Source of the DNA: Octopus sinensis
Taxonomy: Eukaryota
DNA: 64,000 nt
Assembly (NCBI RefSeq): GCF_006345805.1
Contig: NC_043009.1
Span: forward strand, 7,936,001 to 8,000,000
Direction: 5' to 3'
Shown here: one piece after another, positions 1 to 13,827 of the stretch
Layout of the letters: every line of letters starts with the position of its first letter
How positions within the stretch are numbered: the stretch's first letter is position 1
The notes under the pieces: generated by a model
What the model was told of the DNA's origin: nothing
Seen by the model: only the letters and a program-made list of their open reading frames with translations
Databases searched by the model: none
Program-made: the position numbers and the translations under genes

Positions 1-884
1 TAAAAGATGTGTGTAAAACTGTTCTTTCAGTTAACTACCATATCCACTCTAATGCTTTGGTTGGCTCAAAGCTTTAATAAAGATAAGACACTTGTCCAAA
101 GTGCTGTGCAGTGGAACTGAACCTGAAACCATGTAGCTTGGAAATGAACTTCTCTACCCAACTAACTATCCAGCTGTCCTTCCTTCTGATCTTTTTTTTT
201 CTTTCCTTAGTTACTTCTGTACCATAGTTTCATGCTGCTATCAAGGAATTTGAACATAGCCATCTTTAGCAGCCTTTTCTCATGTTAGTTGAAGCAGAAG
301 TCAAAGGAGGAGTGTCGTGTAATGAGCTCTTTCAAATGTTGGTATGCATGAATGACATAGTATAGATGGACTGAGAGATAAACTAAGTTATAAGAGGAAT
401 TAGTTTTAGTGTGCAAGAATGAAGACAGCATTGGTATGGCTGTGTGCTGCATATGGACGATAACAGATAGGTAAAGAAATACCAGGAGAAAGAAACCATG
501 GAAAAGAAAGACTGAAGTAGACATTGGCAGAAGTGGTAAAAGCTGATTTCAAGTTGTTGAAAATCTCACAAAGGAATGCAATAAATGGCAAAATATTGTG
601 GGGGGTGGGAAAGGAAGACCTGTTCATGCAAGCATGGAAAAAAAATTGATGTAGGAATGATGATGATTATGTGTGTGTGTATGAGAGAGATGGACTCTCT
701 CATTAAGAACAACCTATGAACGTCATCATCATCCTTTAATGTCCATTTTCAGTGCTGGTATGGGTTGGATGGTTTGACAAGATCAAACAAGCTGCAAGGC
801 TATGACTAGTCTCAGTATCAGCTTTGACATCGTCTCTACAGCCGGCTGTGCTTCCTAACACCAAACACATTATAATGTGTACTG

Positions 885-1183
885 GGAGGCACATGGCTTA
901 GTGGTTAGAGCAGCGGACTTGCAGTCGAGGGACCGCGGGTTCAAATCTCAGACCGGGCAATGTGTATATTTATAAGTGAAACACCTAAGCTCCACGCAGC
1001 TCCAGCAGAAGGTAATGGCGAATTTCTGCTGACTCTCGCCACAACTTTCTCTCATTCTTTCCTCCTGCATCTTGCAGCTCACCTGCGACAGACTGGCGTC
1101 CCGTCCAGGTGGGGAACCTATAGGCCAAGGAAACCGGGAAACTGGCCCTTATGAGCCAGGCATGGCTCAAGAAGGAACAAACA
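885..1183 (+). mobile_element. tRNA-derived SINE with V-domain-like core, nested in an RTE 3' tail fragment
   Basis: A box (TGGCTTAGTGG) and B box (GGTTCAAATC). GCGACAGACTGGCGTCCCGTCCAGG at 1085-1109 resembles the V-SINE core. Flanked by an imperfect TSD (ATGTGTACTGGG / ATATGTACTGGG), with the RTE tail (minus strand, ~720-884) resuming at ~1190. Confidence 0.75.
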
Positions 1184-2478
1184 ATATGTACTGGGTGCTG
1201 TTTATCTTTTTTTCTTTTTTTTTTGTGTCACCAGACTAGTGAGATTGACAAATAAATTGCAAGGCAGAAAAAGAATGGAAAAAGAAAAAAAGCTTCTGCT
1301 ACTCAATTGGGATGGGTGGAGAGTATTTGAGGAAGGAGAGAGATATGCCAACAAATGTTGAAAGGCTAAAGTATGATAGAGGGATAAACACGGGTATCTT
1401 ACTATGGGCATCCAGTTGATCAATCAACTGAATAACCTTCATTCAGTTTTGCATGCGAAGCTACTCAGTTTCACACAGAGTTGGAGTCTGGGCAGTTTGC
1501 CTGCTGGCCAGCTCCATGCCAGCATGGAAAGTGGACGTTAAATGATGATGATGATGTGTACCCTTGATATAGTTTCTCTAGTAGAATCAGTGTGGCACTG
1601 TGTGACTAGGCCTGACCATTGAATTACAGATGCAATCTGTCCTGATGGGCTTTTTTACACAGTTTTATTCACAAGGCTTTGATCAACTCATGGCTTTGAT
1701 AAAAAACATTTGCCCGATATGTGATGCAGTGTGACTGAACCTACAACTTCATGGTTGTGAAACAGACTTTTTAACCATCCAACCATGACTATGTTCTCTG
1801 CCTGCCTCTTTCTCTCTTTCTCTTATGTATATATATATATATATTCCTTCTTTCTGTCAGCCCCTTCACTCTTACTTCATTCATTCCACTCTTCGTTCTT
1901 TCGTTCCCCCTCTCTCGCATTTCCTGGCCTTCTCTTCATGCTCACCTTCCCTCCTCTTTCACTTCACTCTGTCCCTTTCATTTTTTTCTTGCCCCCTCCT
2001 TAATTCTTCTAACCCTCTACCTCTACTTCTCTCTCTTCTCTCCCCACCTGACTGGTGTTCGCCCAAGCCTGACCTTTCTTTCTTAGTTCAACTACCATCC
2101 ATGCAACATCTATATTCCTCCCTGTGTCTGTCAAATCTTATATCCCTGCCGTAAAGCTTCTACACAAGCTTGCTTAATTTAATTCGTCCTTAGTCGAAAG
2201 TCACCTGTTGTTAATGTCCTGTTTTTTTGCATTTGTGTACTATTTTTCCATTTGTTTTTCATCCTTGTTTACATATACATTCGCTGCTTTCTTCCAAGGA
2301 ATCTAGTGCTCTTAGCTTAGTTTTTCCTTGGAATGGGCTAGATTAGAGCAATCTCGAGTATAACCGGCTGAAATTGCAAAGATAATCTGGAACTCAACTG
2401 AAGAAAGAAACTCTGAATGACCCGTCCTTGTTTTCTTTGTATCATCTGTCTGGATGTTTTTCGTTCTTGTCCCATTTT

Positions 2479-2518
<40 letters not shown>

Positions 2519-4133
2519 TGCATAATGCTTATAAATACTTATACTTGCTGACCAAAGCTTTGTAATTGAATTTAGTAGGCAGAAGTTACCGCTGTATGTG
2601 TACACAGGTGTGTAAGTGCTTGTACCTCCTAACAGATGATGATTTGCATGGTGACAAGGAATTAGAAATTTTCTATTCCTATGTGTCTGCAAATAAAATA
2701 GTTAAAATAGTTAAAATAGTCTGCAAATAGTTAAAACTAGCTTTTTAATTTCTCTCACATTAGCATTGTTAGTTGCAGGTTTGCTACTTTCCTACTGATA
2801 ATCAACATTTCAATGCATTTTCTTTACTATGAGTGATAAATGAGCATCTGGGCAACCTGAGAAGAACAAGTAATATCCTCAGGGATAAATTATTCACCAT
2901 TTTATCAGCTTCAAGCTAATGTTTATGTCTTTTGCTGATATGCATTGGTTAAAAGAGTCAGACACATATACATGTATGATGGAATATGCATGTGTAAATA
3001 CGGTCATATGTTGGAATTCAGCACTGTTTGTACCTAATAAATTCCACTCAAAGAATTAATGAACCAAAGGCTACAGGACAAAACATTTGTTTGTGGTACC
3101 ATATGCTGTGGGTCAATCCAAGGAATATGTAATTTTGAAGGGAACCTGTTAGCCACGCAGCTATTCCTGCACTCACGTTAATTAATAACGAATATACAAA
3201 ATAATTATTGTTTTGTATTGACCAAACTGCATAACAGTCCAGGAACACACTGAACATAATGAATTCAATTCATATAACACCCTGTAAAAACAAATTAACT
3301 ACACGCAAACTGTTACATGAACCAAATGCATCCTGCCTATAAAATAGACGAACACCATAACAAAAACCCTCATCAAACAGAACAGGATATGCATTATACC
3401 CAATTATGAAATGCACATTAATAATATATTACAAAAACATAAAAAAAAGCCCCTCTTCATTAGCAACGAACCACAAGGCTGCGAGCACTGAATAAACTTT
3501 AAATGGCTAATGTAATTTACAAATTTATATGAAAATTTGAAAATTAAAAATTTCATTTCTCTGTTACATTGAATATTATCAAAGAACCAGTGCAGCTCAT
3601 ATTACAAAACAAAAGTTGTATATCCCACTAGAAATGACGGCCACATTTCTTTTATCATACGATGCTGTATTAACCCTTTAGCATTCAAATTACTCAGTCA
3701 AATGTAATGCTAATTCATTCATGTTGCTTTGAAATAATCATGTATTACCTCATAGCTTTGGAATTTCAATGATGTAGTTGTTTACTTTTAGAACAATATT
3801 GAGACGCTTGACCTGGCTGGTTTTAACATAAAACTGGTAGAATATTCGACCAGGTATGGCCAGTTTGGATGCCAAAGGGTTAAAAAAAAAAATGGAGTAT
3901 ATATATTGGACAATGTATTTCTGAATATACAAAATGATATGACAATCCTGGTTAGAAAATTTTTCATCATAAGTTTGCTCAGTCAAAGCTAAGTAGCTAA
4001 AAGAAAATACTTTCTTAAGCCCTTTGCTCCTTATGACTCTTCTCCACTGTTTTTTTAAAATCTGGACCATTGTTTCTGCTTCTCTTCCTTTCTCAGGTCT
4101 TGGTTTCAAATTGTCTTTCTTTTTTTTTTCATT

Positions 4134-4478
4134 CTTTTATTTGTTTCAGTCATTTGACTGTAGCCATACTTCAGCACTGCCTTAAAGGGTTTTAGTTGAA
4201 CAAATCGATCCCAGGACTTGTTCTTTGTATGCCTAGTAATTATTCTATCGGTCTCTTTTGACAAACCAAGTTAGGAGGGCATAAACACACCAACATCGGT
4301 TGTCAAGCAATGGTGGGGGGAACAAACACAGACACACACATAAATGTATACATTTATATATGATAGGCTTCTTTCAGTTTCTGTCTACCACATCCACTCA
4401 CAAAGCTTAGGTCAGCCTGAACCCAGAACCATGTGGTTGGGAAGCAAGCTTCTTACCACACAGCCATGTCTGTACCTA
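4134..4478 (-). mobile_element. CORE-type tRNA SINE (octopus-like family), internally deleted
   Basis: The reverse complement starts with a GGCTGTGTGGTAAGAAGCTTGC head and ends CAAATGACTGAAACAAATAAAAGA; same family as 38488-38866. Confidence 0.75.
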
Positions 4479-4769
4479 CTATCATGGATGTTTTTATAAC
4501 TTGCCTTTTTTTTAGGTAGGGGTGTTCGCCCTACACAAACCCATTTTTATCTCTAGGAAGAGTTGGTCCATAGTAGTCTGGCCTCTTTTCTTTGACTTGT
4601 CTAACATGGGAAATCCTACCAGGAGCTTGTACTAAACTGGCATGGCTTTGAGGGTCATTGAAGTGCACAAGCTGCTATGCTGTAACAAGGACTGGACCTT
4701 TTGGTGGAAACAAAAACACAGTTGTCAGGTTTTTTTTATAGAATTCCTCAGCATATGGATGATTAAACT

Positions 4770-5095
4770 GGGACTCTGTTAGTTACGATGACGAGTGTTC
4801 CAGTTGATCCAATCAATGGAACAAGCTGCTTATGAAATTAGTGTGCATGTAGCTGAGCGCTCCACAGATACGCATACCCGTAACACAGTTCTCAGGGAGA
4901 TACAGTGTGATACAAACTGTGGCAAGGCTGGCCCTTTGAATTACAAGTACAGCTCATTTTTGCCAGTTGGGTGGACTGGAACAATGTAAAATAAAGTGTC
5001 TTGCCCAAGGATACAACCATGCCACCAGAAATCAAACTCAAAACCTTACAATTGTGTGCTGAATACCCTAACCACTAAGTCACACACCCACACAT
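4770..5095 (-). mobile_element. tRNA-head SINE (same family as 53071-53381)
   Basis: Minus-strand head GACTTAGTGGTTAGGG...GAGTTTGATTTC followed by CCTTGGGCAAGACACTTTA; body aligns by eye with 53071-53381. Confidence 0.7.
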
Positions 5096-6464
5096 GGATA
5101 ATTAGAAGTTGTCTAAATAGCACAATTATAATATAAAATTCGACATATAATTAGCGGACTCTAATACCAGGCACCAATATTTTCTTGTTGCTAAAAGAAA
5201 CCTGACAGCAATATTTAGAAATGTATTTTAATGCATAGCAAATAGACTTAACCTGTTACATGGTTTAATTTCATTACTTGACCCTGGACACATTAGGTGC
5301 CAGGTATTTGGAAGCATTTGGGTCAGGTCTGAAAATATGACTTATTCCCTTCTTCCTCTGAGAAGGGTCATGGGGTGAGGGTGGAGGCAGAGCATGGATG
5401 ATGCCTATCCTCTTCTGATGAAGCAAAACAGGAAAAGAGTAAAAGGTAAGAAATCAGTGGAACTGTGCTTGACCCGTAACCCAGAAATCTGTAGATTGGA
5501 ACTACCCTCTGCTAAGAAACAACAACAATAGCCTTTTATTCCATGTGAGATAACCAAAATCCCCAACACCTTTCCCACTGCCTTCTGCTGCTTGATCCCT
5601 TCAGTTCCTCTTCCATTTCCCAATAATGGAGAAACAGGGATAAAAGGCAAAGACCCTCCTTGACATTTTATAACTTTTTTTTTTCTTAGGAGTTAGCATG
5701 ACCTAATGACTAAAAAATTTGGCTCATAATGAAAAGATTTCAGGTTTGAGTCTTCCACTCCATTGTGTGCTATCTTGATTAAGTGTCTTTTTATCAGAGA
5801 TTTGAATTGACCCAGCCCACTGAACAGATTGTATTTAATAATCTAAAAGTTCAGCCTCATAGGGATTCTGCTTGAGAACTACATTAAGGGTAGGTGTGTC
5901 TGTAGAATGTTCAGTTACTTAAATGGTAATTCAAACAATTGCCTGAAATATTAGTGTCATCATCATTGTCCTTTTAACATTGACTGTTCCATGCTTGTGT
6001 AGGTTGGATGGAGTTTTATTGAGGCAGATTTTCTACTCCCAGATGCCTTCCCAGTCTCTAACCCATACCTGTTTCCATGCAAGGTAATTTTTCCCTATGG
6101 CCAGACACATTTTTACACATTATCAGAAATGAATGACACACATAATGATCATATGATTGAAATTTACAGACAAACAAAAGACAAAGACAGGTATATGAAC
6201 AACAAGCAGGTGTATTAGTTTGACGCTTGGGAAAGTGAGAATGTCTTTTACATTTCGAGTCTATGCTCTTCAACAGAAAGGAATATGAGGAAATAAACAG
6301 AGTGAGAATAAAAAACTTGTGGATTTAGCAATCAAGAATGGTGACCATATGATGCGAAGACAAGGAGACAAGCATATGCATTCAAACATACATAAGTGTG
6401 TGTGTGTATGTAATGCATAAACAGCCTGAAAGACTGCTTTAAGATACATGAAGTAATTTATGTT

Positions 6465-6677
6465 CTTTTCTACTCTAGGCACAAGGCCCAAAAGTTTTGG
6501 GGAAGGGGCCAGTCGAATAGATCGATCCCATTACACAAATGGTACTTAATTTATTGAGCCAAAAGGATGAAAGGCAAAGTCGACCTCGGCGGAATTTGAA
6601 CTCAGAACATAAAGACAGACGAAATACCACTATGCATTTTAGCTGGCGTGCTAATGATTCTGCCAGCTCACCGTCTT
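6465..6677 (-). mobile_element. tRNA-derived SINE with Meta/Deu-like central domain
   Basis: Reverse complement GAGCTGGCAGAATCATTAGC...GAGTTCAAATTCCGCCGAGGTCGACTTTGCCTTTCATCC...ATAAATTAAGTACC; many copies in the window. Confidence 0.75.
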
Positions 6678-8571
6678 ACATGGAGTAATTTATAAATATA
6701 CCTGAAGTATTATAAAAGCATGAAACTATTAGTAGCTCTTTCATTTGTGTATCTCAATTGATATTTGTCTCTCACTGAATGGCGTACTTTTTTTTTTTTA
6801 TTCTACCTCTATTGGATTTGTAAACTACACACACGATGTACTTCTTTCAGTTTTTGCCTACAAAAACCACCCACAGTAGAAGACACTTGCGTAAGGCATC
6901 CTGCCGTAAGGGCTGAACCAGAAACCTTGTGGTTGGGAAGCAAAATATTTAGCCACTCAGCCACACCTGCATCTATGGGTTTGTCTTTTAACAATATGGC
7001 AATGATTCGAGTGTCTGTTCATTTTAGTGAATAGTATTATACTCTGAACATAGATGTTTTTCATTCTCACTAAACTCTCTGCTGAAAGTCTTTGCACAAA
7101 GAAGCATTTTTATTACATTTGTAAGATATTGTCTCATATTAATATATATTCTTATACATGATTTCCTTTTTCTTTTTAATCATGTTTCTTCTAATTAAAG
7201 AGAAACACAAAATGTAAAGACATTGGTTATGGTTCTATTTATAGGGGCGGTGGTGGTTACACAGCAAATATTAATGCAATTATTTACATACAACTTGGTT
7301 ATTATTAAATTAGTTATATTATTTATACACTGATTCAGGAAAGTTATCTCTTTTGGGGGGAAGATTTTTTTTGTTGTTGTGGCTTTTCTTTTTGTTCTGT
7401 GTTTCACATGCAAGTATCATATGTTTGGGTATTATATACAGAGATATTTTTATTCATAAGTATTTATGTGTGTATATACTCATATGCAAGCTGTCTGAAT
7501 AAGATCAGTATGAGCGTTGTGTGTTTATGTATTGAAATATACCAACTGATACCACAAAAGTGTATATTTGTGTGTTTGTGTATGTACAATAAGAACCGTG
7601 TCTTGTGAATTAACCAACTTATTTCAAATGTCAGCATCTTTTCTATACCTGTGTGTTTACAATGTGTGTCTGTGTGTCTACATATATCTATCTATAGATT
7701 TGTACATATAATTATCAAATATCTCATACACCAAACGTGTGTATGTATTTATATGAAACGTGTGTGTATGTGTGGTTGGATTTGTGTGTAGACATAATTA
7801 ATTCCTGTCTAAAATCAGTTAATCTGGCAAAAGCCATGGAAATGACATAAAGAGTTGAGATAAATAAAAAGAAAGTATTAGATATTCAATCAGTATTTAA
7901 GAAACATCGGTAATTACTAATGACATTTATTAATTATCAATATATTGCAGCCTGTCTACTAATTCTCTTGAACGACAGAATTCTAAGAACCAAATGAAAT
8001 CAAAACCAGAAAAATGTGCCAAGAAAAGATGACCTTACAAGTTTCTTCCCCATTAAACTCATTTGACACTAAATCTCTCTTGGATATGAATTACAAAATA
8101 AAAGACAAATTTTACAAGGAGAAAGCAAACCCATTACTATACAATAACAGGGAGAACTTTTAATTACATTATGCAGGGGTGATCTATTGAGTAGCAAAGG
8201 GACAAACTAGCAGCTATATATTGAAAGGGCAAGAATATGCCTATTGTATCTTGGATGTTGGACTGATCTATGACATCTTCGATTTTGGAATGGTCTGATA
8301 TTCTGGAGGTTGGACTAGTCCATGACATCTTTGATGTTGGACTAGTTCATGACAGCCAGGATATTGGTAATACTGGATGTTGAATTAATCTGTGGCATGT
8401 GGAGGTGCATGGCATAGTAGTTAGGGTGTTGGACTCATGATTTTAAGATTGTGGTTTCAATTTCTGGACTGGTTGATATGATGTGTTCTTGAGCAAAACA
8501 CTTCATTTCACGTTGTTCCATTCCACTCAGCTTGTAAAAATGAGAAATCCTGCAATGGACCTGTGATTCTT

Positions 8572-8791
8572 CCTATTTCTTTATTGCCCACAAGGGGCTA
8601 AACATAGAGGAGACAAACAAGGATGAACAAATGGATTAAGTCAATTACATCACCCCAGTGTGTAACTGGTACTTAATTTATCGACCCTGAAAGTTGACCT
8701 TGGCGGAATTTGAACTCGGAACGTAACGGCAGACGAAATACCGCTAAGTATTTCGCTCGGCCTGCTAACGTTTCTGCCAGCTTGCTGCCTT
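8572..8791 (-). mobile_element. Meta/Deu-like SINE inserted into an older tRNA SINE (8405-8840, plus strand)
   Basis: Family motif as at 6465. TSD CTGTGATTCTT (8561) / CTGTGACTCTT (8797). The host SINE head GGTGCATGGCATAGTAGTTAGGG is at ~8403. Confidence 0.75.
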
Positions 8792-9123
8792 TATATCTGT
8801 GACTCTTCTAGGGAGGGATGTATATGCTAGAGTAACCAGGGAACTATGCTCTTTATGGAGTAATGTAGACTAACCATTTTGGCTATAAGACTAATCTTAG
8901 AACATTCTAAATATTAGGCAAATCCTATAACCATCTTGGATGTAGGTTGAATCTATGACATTCTGGAGGTTTGACTAATGCATAATAACCTAGAGCTTAA
9001 ACTAATCCACACCATCCTGGAGTTTGCAAGAATCTATGTGTGGAGAAGTAGTCAACTCCTTCTGAAGGGGCAGTTCACATTCCTTACCTTATATTGCTCA
9101 CTTTGAGTATATCTTTATCCTAA

Positions 9124-9486
9124 ACTAGCAGTATCGCCCGGCGTTGCTCAGGTTTGTAAGGGAAATAACTATAAAGCATTTTTAGAGAGTTATAGCCACA
9201 AAATAGCAAAAAAATGGAAAAAAAATGATGGTAAATTTTTTTTGAGTAAAAAACAGTTTGCGGTTTGTGTTTCTGATTCTCGACCCCATGTCGAATTTAT
9301 CGATTTTTTTCAGAACTGGGTGAACTTTTCAAAATTTTCGCTGCGTTAGTTTTGAATTATGACATTGGGCTATGTGTGTGTCAAGTTTCATCAGAATCGG
9401 TTGAAAGCCGTGGTCAGAGTGAGGGTACAAGCAAACAGACACACAGAAACACGCACAGACAAACTGCTGTTTATATAAAGAGAGAT
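9124..9486 (+). mobile_element. Non-autonomous Helentron/HINE-like element
   Basis: Starts ACTAGCAGTATCGCCCGGCGTTGCTCAGG, contains AAGTTTCATCAGAATCGG and a CAGACA-type microsatellite, and ends CTGCTGTTTATATAAAGAGAGAT, the typical DINE-1/HINE layout. Confidence 0.65.
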
Positions 9487-9771
9487 AGTCCTCCTGCAAA
9501 TGTTCCCTTTCACAAGTAATTATCTAGTCTTTTCCCATAATATGACTATGGCCAATCACTACTTATATTACATGACTATGGCCAATCACTACTTATATTA
9601 CATTGGTCTACAAATTTACTTTGCAAGAAAAATGGTACATTAAAAACAAACCAGCAAAAAAAAACAAAAAAACTAATTAGTGATAATTATTTTGGAATGT
9701 AGAATGAAGGTTTGGCAATATTAGTCTAATTAATATTATTTTATTTTTTGGAATGACTCTCAAAGCACATT

Positions 9772-9930
9772 AATATTGGATTGAAAAACCCTTTTCGGAT
9801 AGAAAAAGTCGAAGTCAGCTTGTGATTGCAATAGTAGAGCATCTGTAATGTCTACAGGAAATGTGGGTTCGAGTCCTACAGGTGGCCTTTGAATCTTTTC
9901 TATCCCAAAGGGTTTTTTCAATCAAGTATT
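9772..9930 (+). other. tRNA-like pseudogene enclosed by ~36-bp inverted repeats
   Basis: Left IR 9772-9808, right IR 9894-9930. Cloverleaf-like 9814-9886 with T arm GTGGG-TTCGAGT-CCTAC and anticodon stem TCTGT/ACAGG, but a non-canonical loop AATGTCT. Confidence 0.6.
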
Positions 9931-12749
9931 TACATACTATTATTTATAGCTTTGTGTGCTCCGAGATCTATTCCAAAGCAAAATAATTATTTCATGTTCT
10001 CTTGAAAGCTTATAAGATTCTTTTGATATCAACAATTAACATTTTTTTCAGTACAAGTGCCATCTTTCTAAGCATGTTTTGGTCAGATTCCATCCTCTTC
10101 AGCAAACATACCCTTCACTGTACTTTCTAAAATGGTGTTGAAAAGTCAATAATTAAATGTACATTGTTATACATTGGTTGCTGGAGGAAAATTGAATTGT
10201 TTAGAGAATAAAATTTTTAGAGATGCTATCCACATAAAAATATAAAAAAAAAACCCAGTAATTAAGTTAGTGTGAAAATAATTAATGAAGGGAAAATTAA
10301 AAAGTTAACTAGACATAATTATGCTGTGAGATAAATAAACAATATTAAACAATAACTAATTTTATTTTAATTTTTCTGGTTAGATTTTTAATGCACCATG
10401 CATTAAATACGTTAACACTAACTTAACTATTGTTTATCATGCGAACGGCATCAATGAATTATTTATTCTCTATTAAAATACAATACTGGTTGTTATTTTA
10501 TATAGAATTGCAGAGTTCCAACTAAGGAAAAGTGAAAAACCAATAATCATTATCATCACCACCATCACTATCATTATATTCACCATTTCACTGCTGTTTG
10601 TCCATAGTCAGATGGATTTTGTTTTCTCTGGAACTTTTTGCCCTGTGTAACAATATTTTGATACACACCCTTCATGAGGTTCATCATCTGAGATCAGCCT
10701 TCACTACTTCTTCCCATGTCTTCCATGGTTTTTCTCTTCCATAGGTTCTTCCTCCTTGGATATGTCAGCACTTCTTTACCCAAGAGTCATCTACCATACA
10801 CCTCATATGTCCATACCTTCTAATTTGTACACCTTCATTCATCTAGTGGGGAATTATTGTCCCATTTCTTTTTAGCCTTTGCACATCTTCTGCCTTCAAG
10901 TTTCCGACATCATGAGGCACATGTCTTTAGAAGAGGTATGACAATGAATTTAATTGCAGAGTATATAATCCAGTATTTGACTGCTTCTTATTTTATTGAC
11001 CAGGAAATTATGAAAGGCCACAATCCCCCTCCACTTTTTTTAAACTGCTAAGTCAGAGAAGGCATAGTAGTACTCATGTTCTTTTTCATGACCTCCAATT
11101 ATCCTCAGATATGGCCTGAATACATTGCAACAGAGTGCAGGGTATGTAGTCCACTAAAAATGCACAAGAGCCAGGTGGTAGCGTTTAACAAGGTGATAGA
11201 TTGTCTACCTTCTGCTTTACCTATGATTTATTATTCTTTTCATTCTCTCCTCTGATATAAGTCAATTAAATAGAAGAAAAAACAACCAAATGATTGTAGT
11301 ATTGAACTTCAGCCTCATAGGTTTTAAATTTTAATCCAATGTAGGTATTTTAGTGTCTATTTGAACTTACCATTAATCCTATATGCTTTGGTTTACTAAT
11401 ATGTGGGTTAATTTTGTGTCATGTTTAGAGTTCCATGAAATGAAGATGCAGGTTAATAGCAAATTCTTAGAGACTCCACTGAAGTTAGGAAACATTTTTA
11501 GATTTCTTTGTATGTAATGTAATTTATGCAGTCTTGAGTTAGATAAATCTGCAGATTTTGACAATTATCAGGAGTACTTGATGTAGTAAACTTGTTAGAA
11601 ATGTATAGTTTTTTTCTTCTTACTATATTAAGTTTACTTGCTGATGTTTAGATACTAATTAATTTTTTCTTCTAATATACAAGTTATTAAAAAGTGCTGT
11701 ACCTGGAAGATTTTCCAATATAATTGTTTAGTTCCTTGTCTTTATTGTTCAATGAAAAATGTTTTACAGTAAACCTCAGTGATTACAAATGTTCTTCTAA
11801 TTTTATATCTTTCAAATTTTCAACTGTTTAAACAATTACTGTAGCAAGTCATTCCATTCTGGGAATATATATATGATATAACAGGGAAGCCTCTATAAAG
11901 TCAGTTACTGACTTGAAATAAGTTGCAAAATTTCCTTTGATTTACAACCAACCATCTTAAAAAAAAAAGGCTTGCATAGGATAATGTACTCTTAAATACA
12001 GTGTTCCTGAAAATAAGAAGGCATGATTGTATACCAGAATTCTCTGATCATAAGCCAGCATGATGAAGGCTGACCTAAAGGTTAAATAACATTAACAACA
12101 TAAGAGTACTTATTTGCAGATGTAGTTTCTGGCATCGTGTATTTTTAGAGAATGAAACCAAAACAATTTTGCCTCTCTTTCTCTCTGTGTCCATCTCCCC
12201 TTTGTCTCCCTTTCATTGTATTTTCTCTTGTTTATTATGGCAAATCTTATAATGGAAGTACTTTATGGAGTGGGGTAGCTTTTAATTTTCAAGTCATAAC
12301 ATGTCTAGCAGACCAACCTTTCAATCAGTCACATCAAAGATTGCTAATGCACCTGTGTAGCACCTGGTTAAAATACTCGTTATAAATAGAATGGAAAGAA
12401 AGGAGAACAATATCTTTCCTGTGTCCTAAGTTACTTTCTTTTTCTCTCTTAGATGGTTATAATTAATGAACGAATAATTAGCTGTGTGGTTAAAAGTTAA
12501 CTTCACAACAGAATAGTTCCAGGTTTGAGCCAGTGTCTTTTATATAGCCTATAAGAAAGAATTTAATAGACGAAAGCTGTGTGGAAACTTTGAAATAGAT
12601 TGAGTGCAGATGGCCTGATGGCTAGGTTAGCAAGTATTTATCTGAGAATTTGACAGTTCATGCTCTGTATACTGTATTGTGTCCATGGCTGTGACACCTA
12701 ATTCTCACAAAGCCTCATGTTCACATAACTGTAAACAGGCTTTACTTAC

Positions 12750-13096
12750 TTTTGAAGGAAATACATCGAACTCCAGAGAAAGGGAATGACAAACCTCCTC
12801 TTATGTAAAAGCTTTGTAGTTGTGGACACTCCAGCAAGGCCACCAGAAGTCAGATTTGTCTTAACAGTTCTATCCTTCTGGTTAAGTTGATTATGGTTTT
12901 TTACAAGCATTTGTTTGTTTGAACTTGAATTTTTAATGCAGCTTTGACTCATACTCATAACTGTTTCAGTTATGTTACTAAAAGCCCTAAAATTGGTTTT
13001 AACAATTTTTTTAATGTTTAGACAGCCGACAAAGGATAGCATTCCATCCATGACCTTTTTTTTACAGAGCCTCTGCGGCTAGTGGGAGTTGGAGAC
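12750..13096 (-). CDS. Candidate internal coding exon of an unidentified host gene
   Basis: Acceptor TTGACAG|G and donor AA|GTAAGT. Adding one A to the A8 run near 13056-13063 gives 348 nt, open throughout (SPTPTSRRGSVKKKVMDGMLSFVGCL...SMYFLQ), with the same intron phase at both ends. Product not recognised. Confidence 0.4.
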
Positions 13097-13827
13097 CTGT
13101 CAACAGAGCTTGATTTTGGGCATAATATAAACAAGCTCAAATTTAGTGCCAACAACATTTCATAGAGGAATCAAGATAATTAAATGATATACATATTTTG
13201 AATATTTTGTGAAAGCTTTTAATGTGAATTTTTAATAAGGTGCCTTCATGCATTGTAGAGCTTAAGGCTTCATCATCATCATCATCATCCAGTTGTGCTT
13301 ATTGCATGGACCACTGTGACTCCTTCTCTCCAGTCTGTCCAGTCCGCCAGTGCATATAGTAGGTTTTAAGAAGACCTTCAGGCCTTACTAAGTCAAATTT
13401 TGACATTTCCTTGAAGGAATGCACTTAAGGACCAAGTGGTAACATAACCAGGTGATAGATCAAGTATACTACTCAAGAATAAGGTACACTCCATTTGACA
13501 GTATGCCATATAGTTTCTATCTATCCAGTTTCACTCAGAAGGTTTGGGGAGTTGGCACGAGACTATAATGACAACAACTTCTTGAAATCACTCAGGTTAT
13601 TAATGATAAGCATAAATACATACATACATATTACACAACTGAATAAGTATTTTGCTTGGGACTATAGATGAAAACACTTACCCAAGGTGTTGCACTGTGT
13701 GAAATTGAACTCAAATTCATGGGGGTGATATTCTTAGCCATACAGCTATAGCTAATCAGTAGAAATTACAAATTGACTAAAGGGCTGATAGTTTCTTGCA
13801 TTGGCACCAATTTGTATTACCAGACAT

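Noticed and set aside
885-960. tRNA gene calls for SINE heads (here and at 8405, 38488, 46082, 53340)
   Set aside because: A/B boxes are present but there is no complete cloverleaf; each continues into a SINE body and tail.
2390-2435. CTGAAGA-AA-GAAAC...GTC hammerhead-like string
   Set aside because: No stem II and poor stems I and III; at best a relic in a possible Penelope-like repeat.
3034-3281. Minus-strand exon candidate with a strong acceptor (TTTTTACAG|G)
   Set aside because: Stops in all three frames; needs several repairs to stay open.
8250-9040. Degenerate ~27-bp minisatellite and the 30-bp duplication at 9542-9603
   Set aside because: Ordinary slippage repeats with no further structure.
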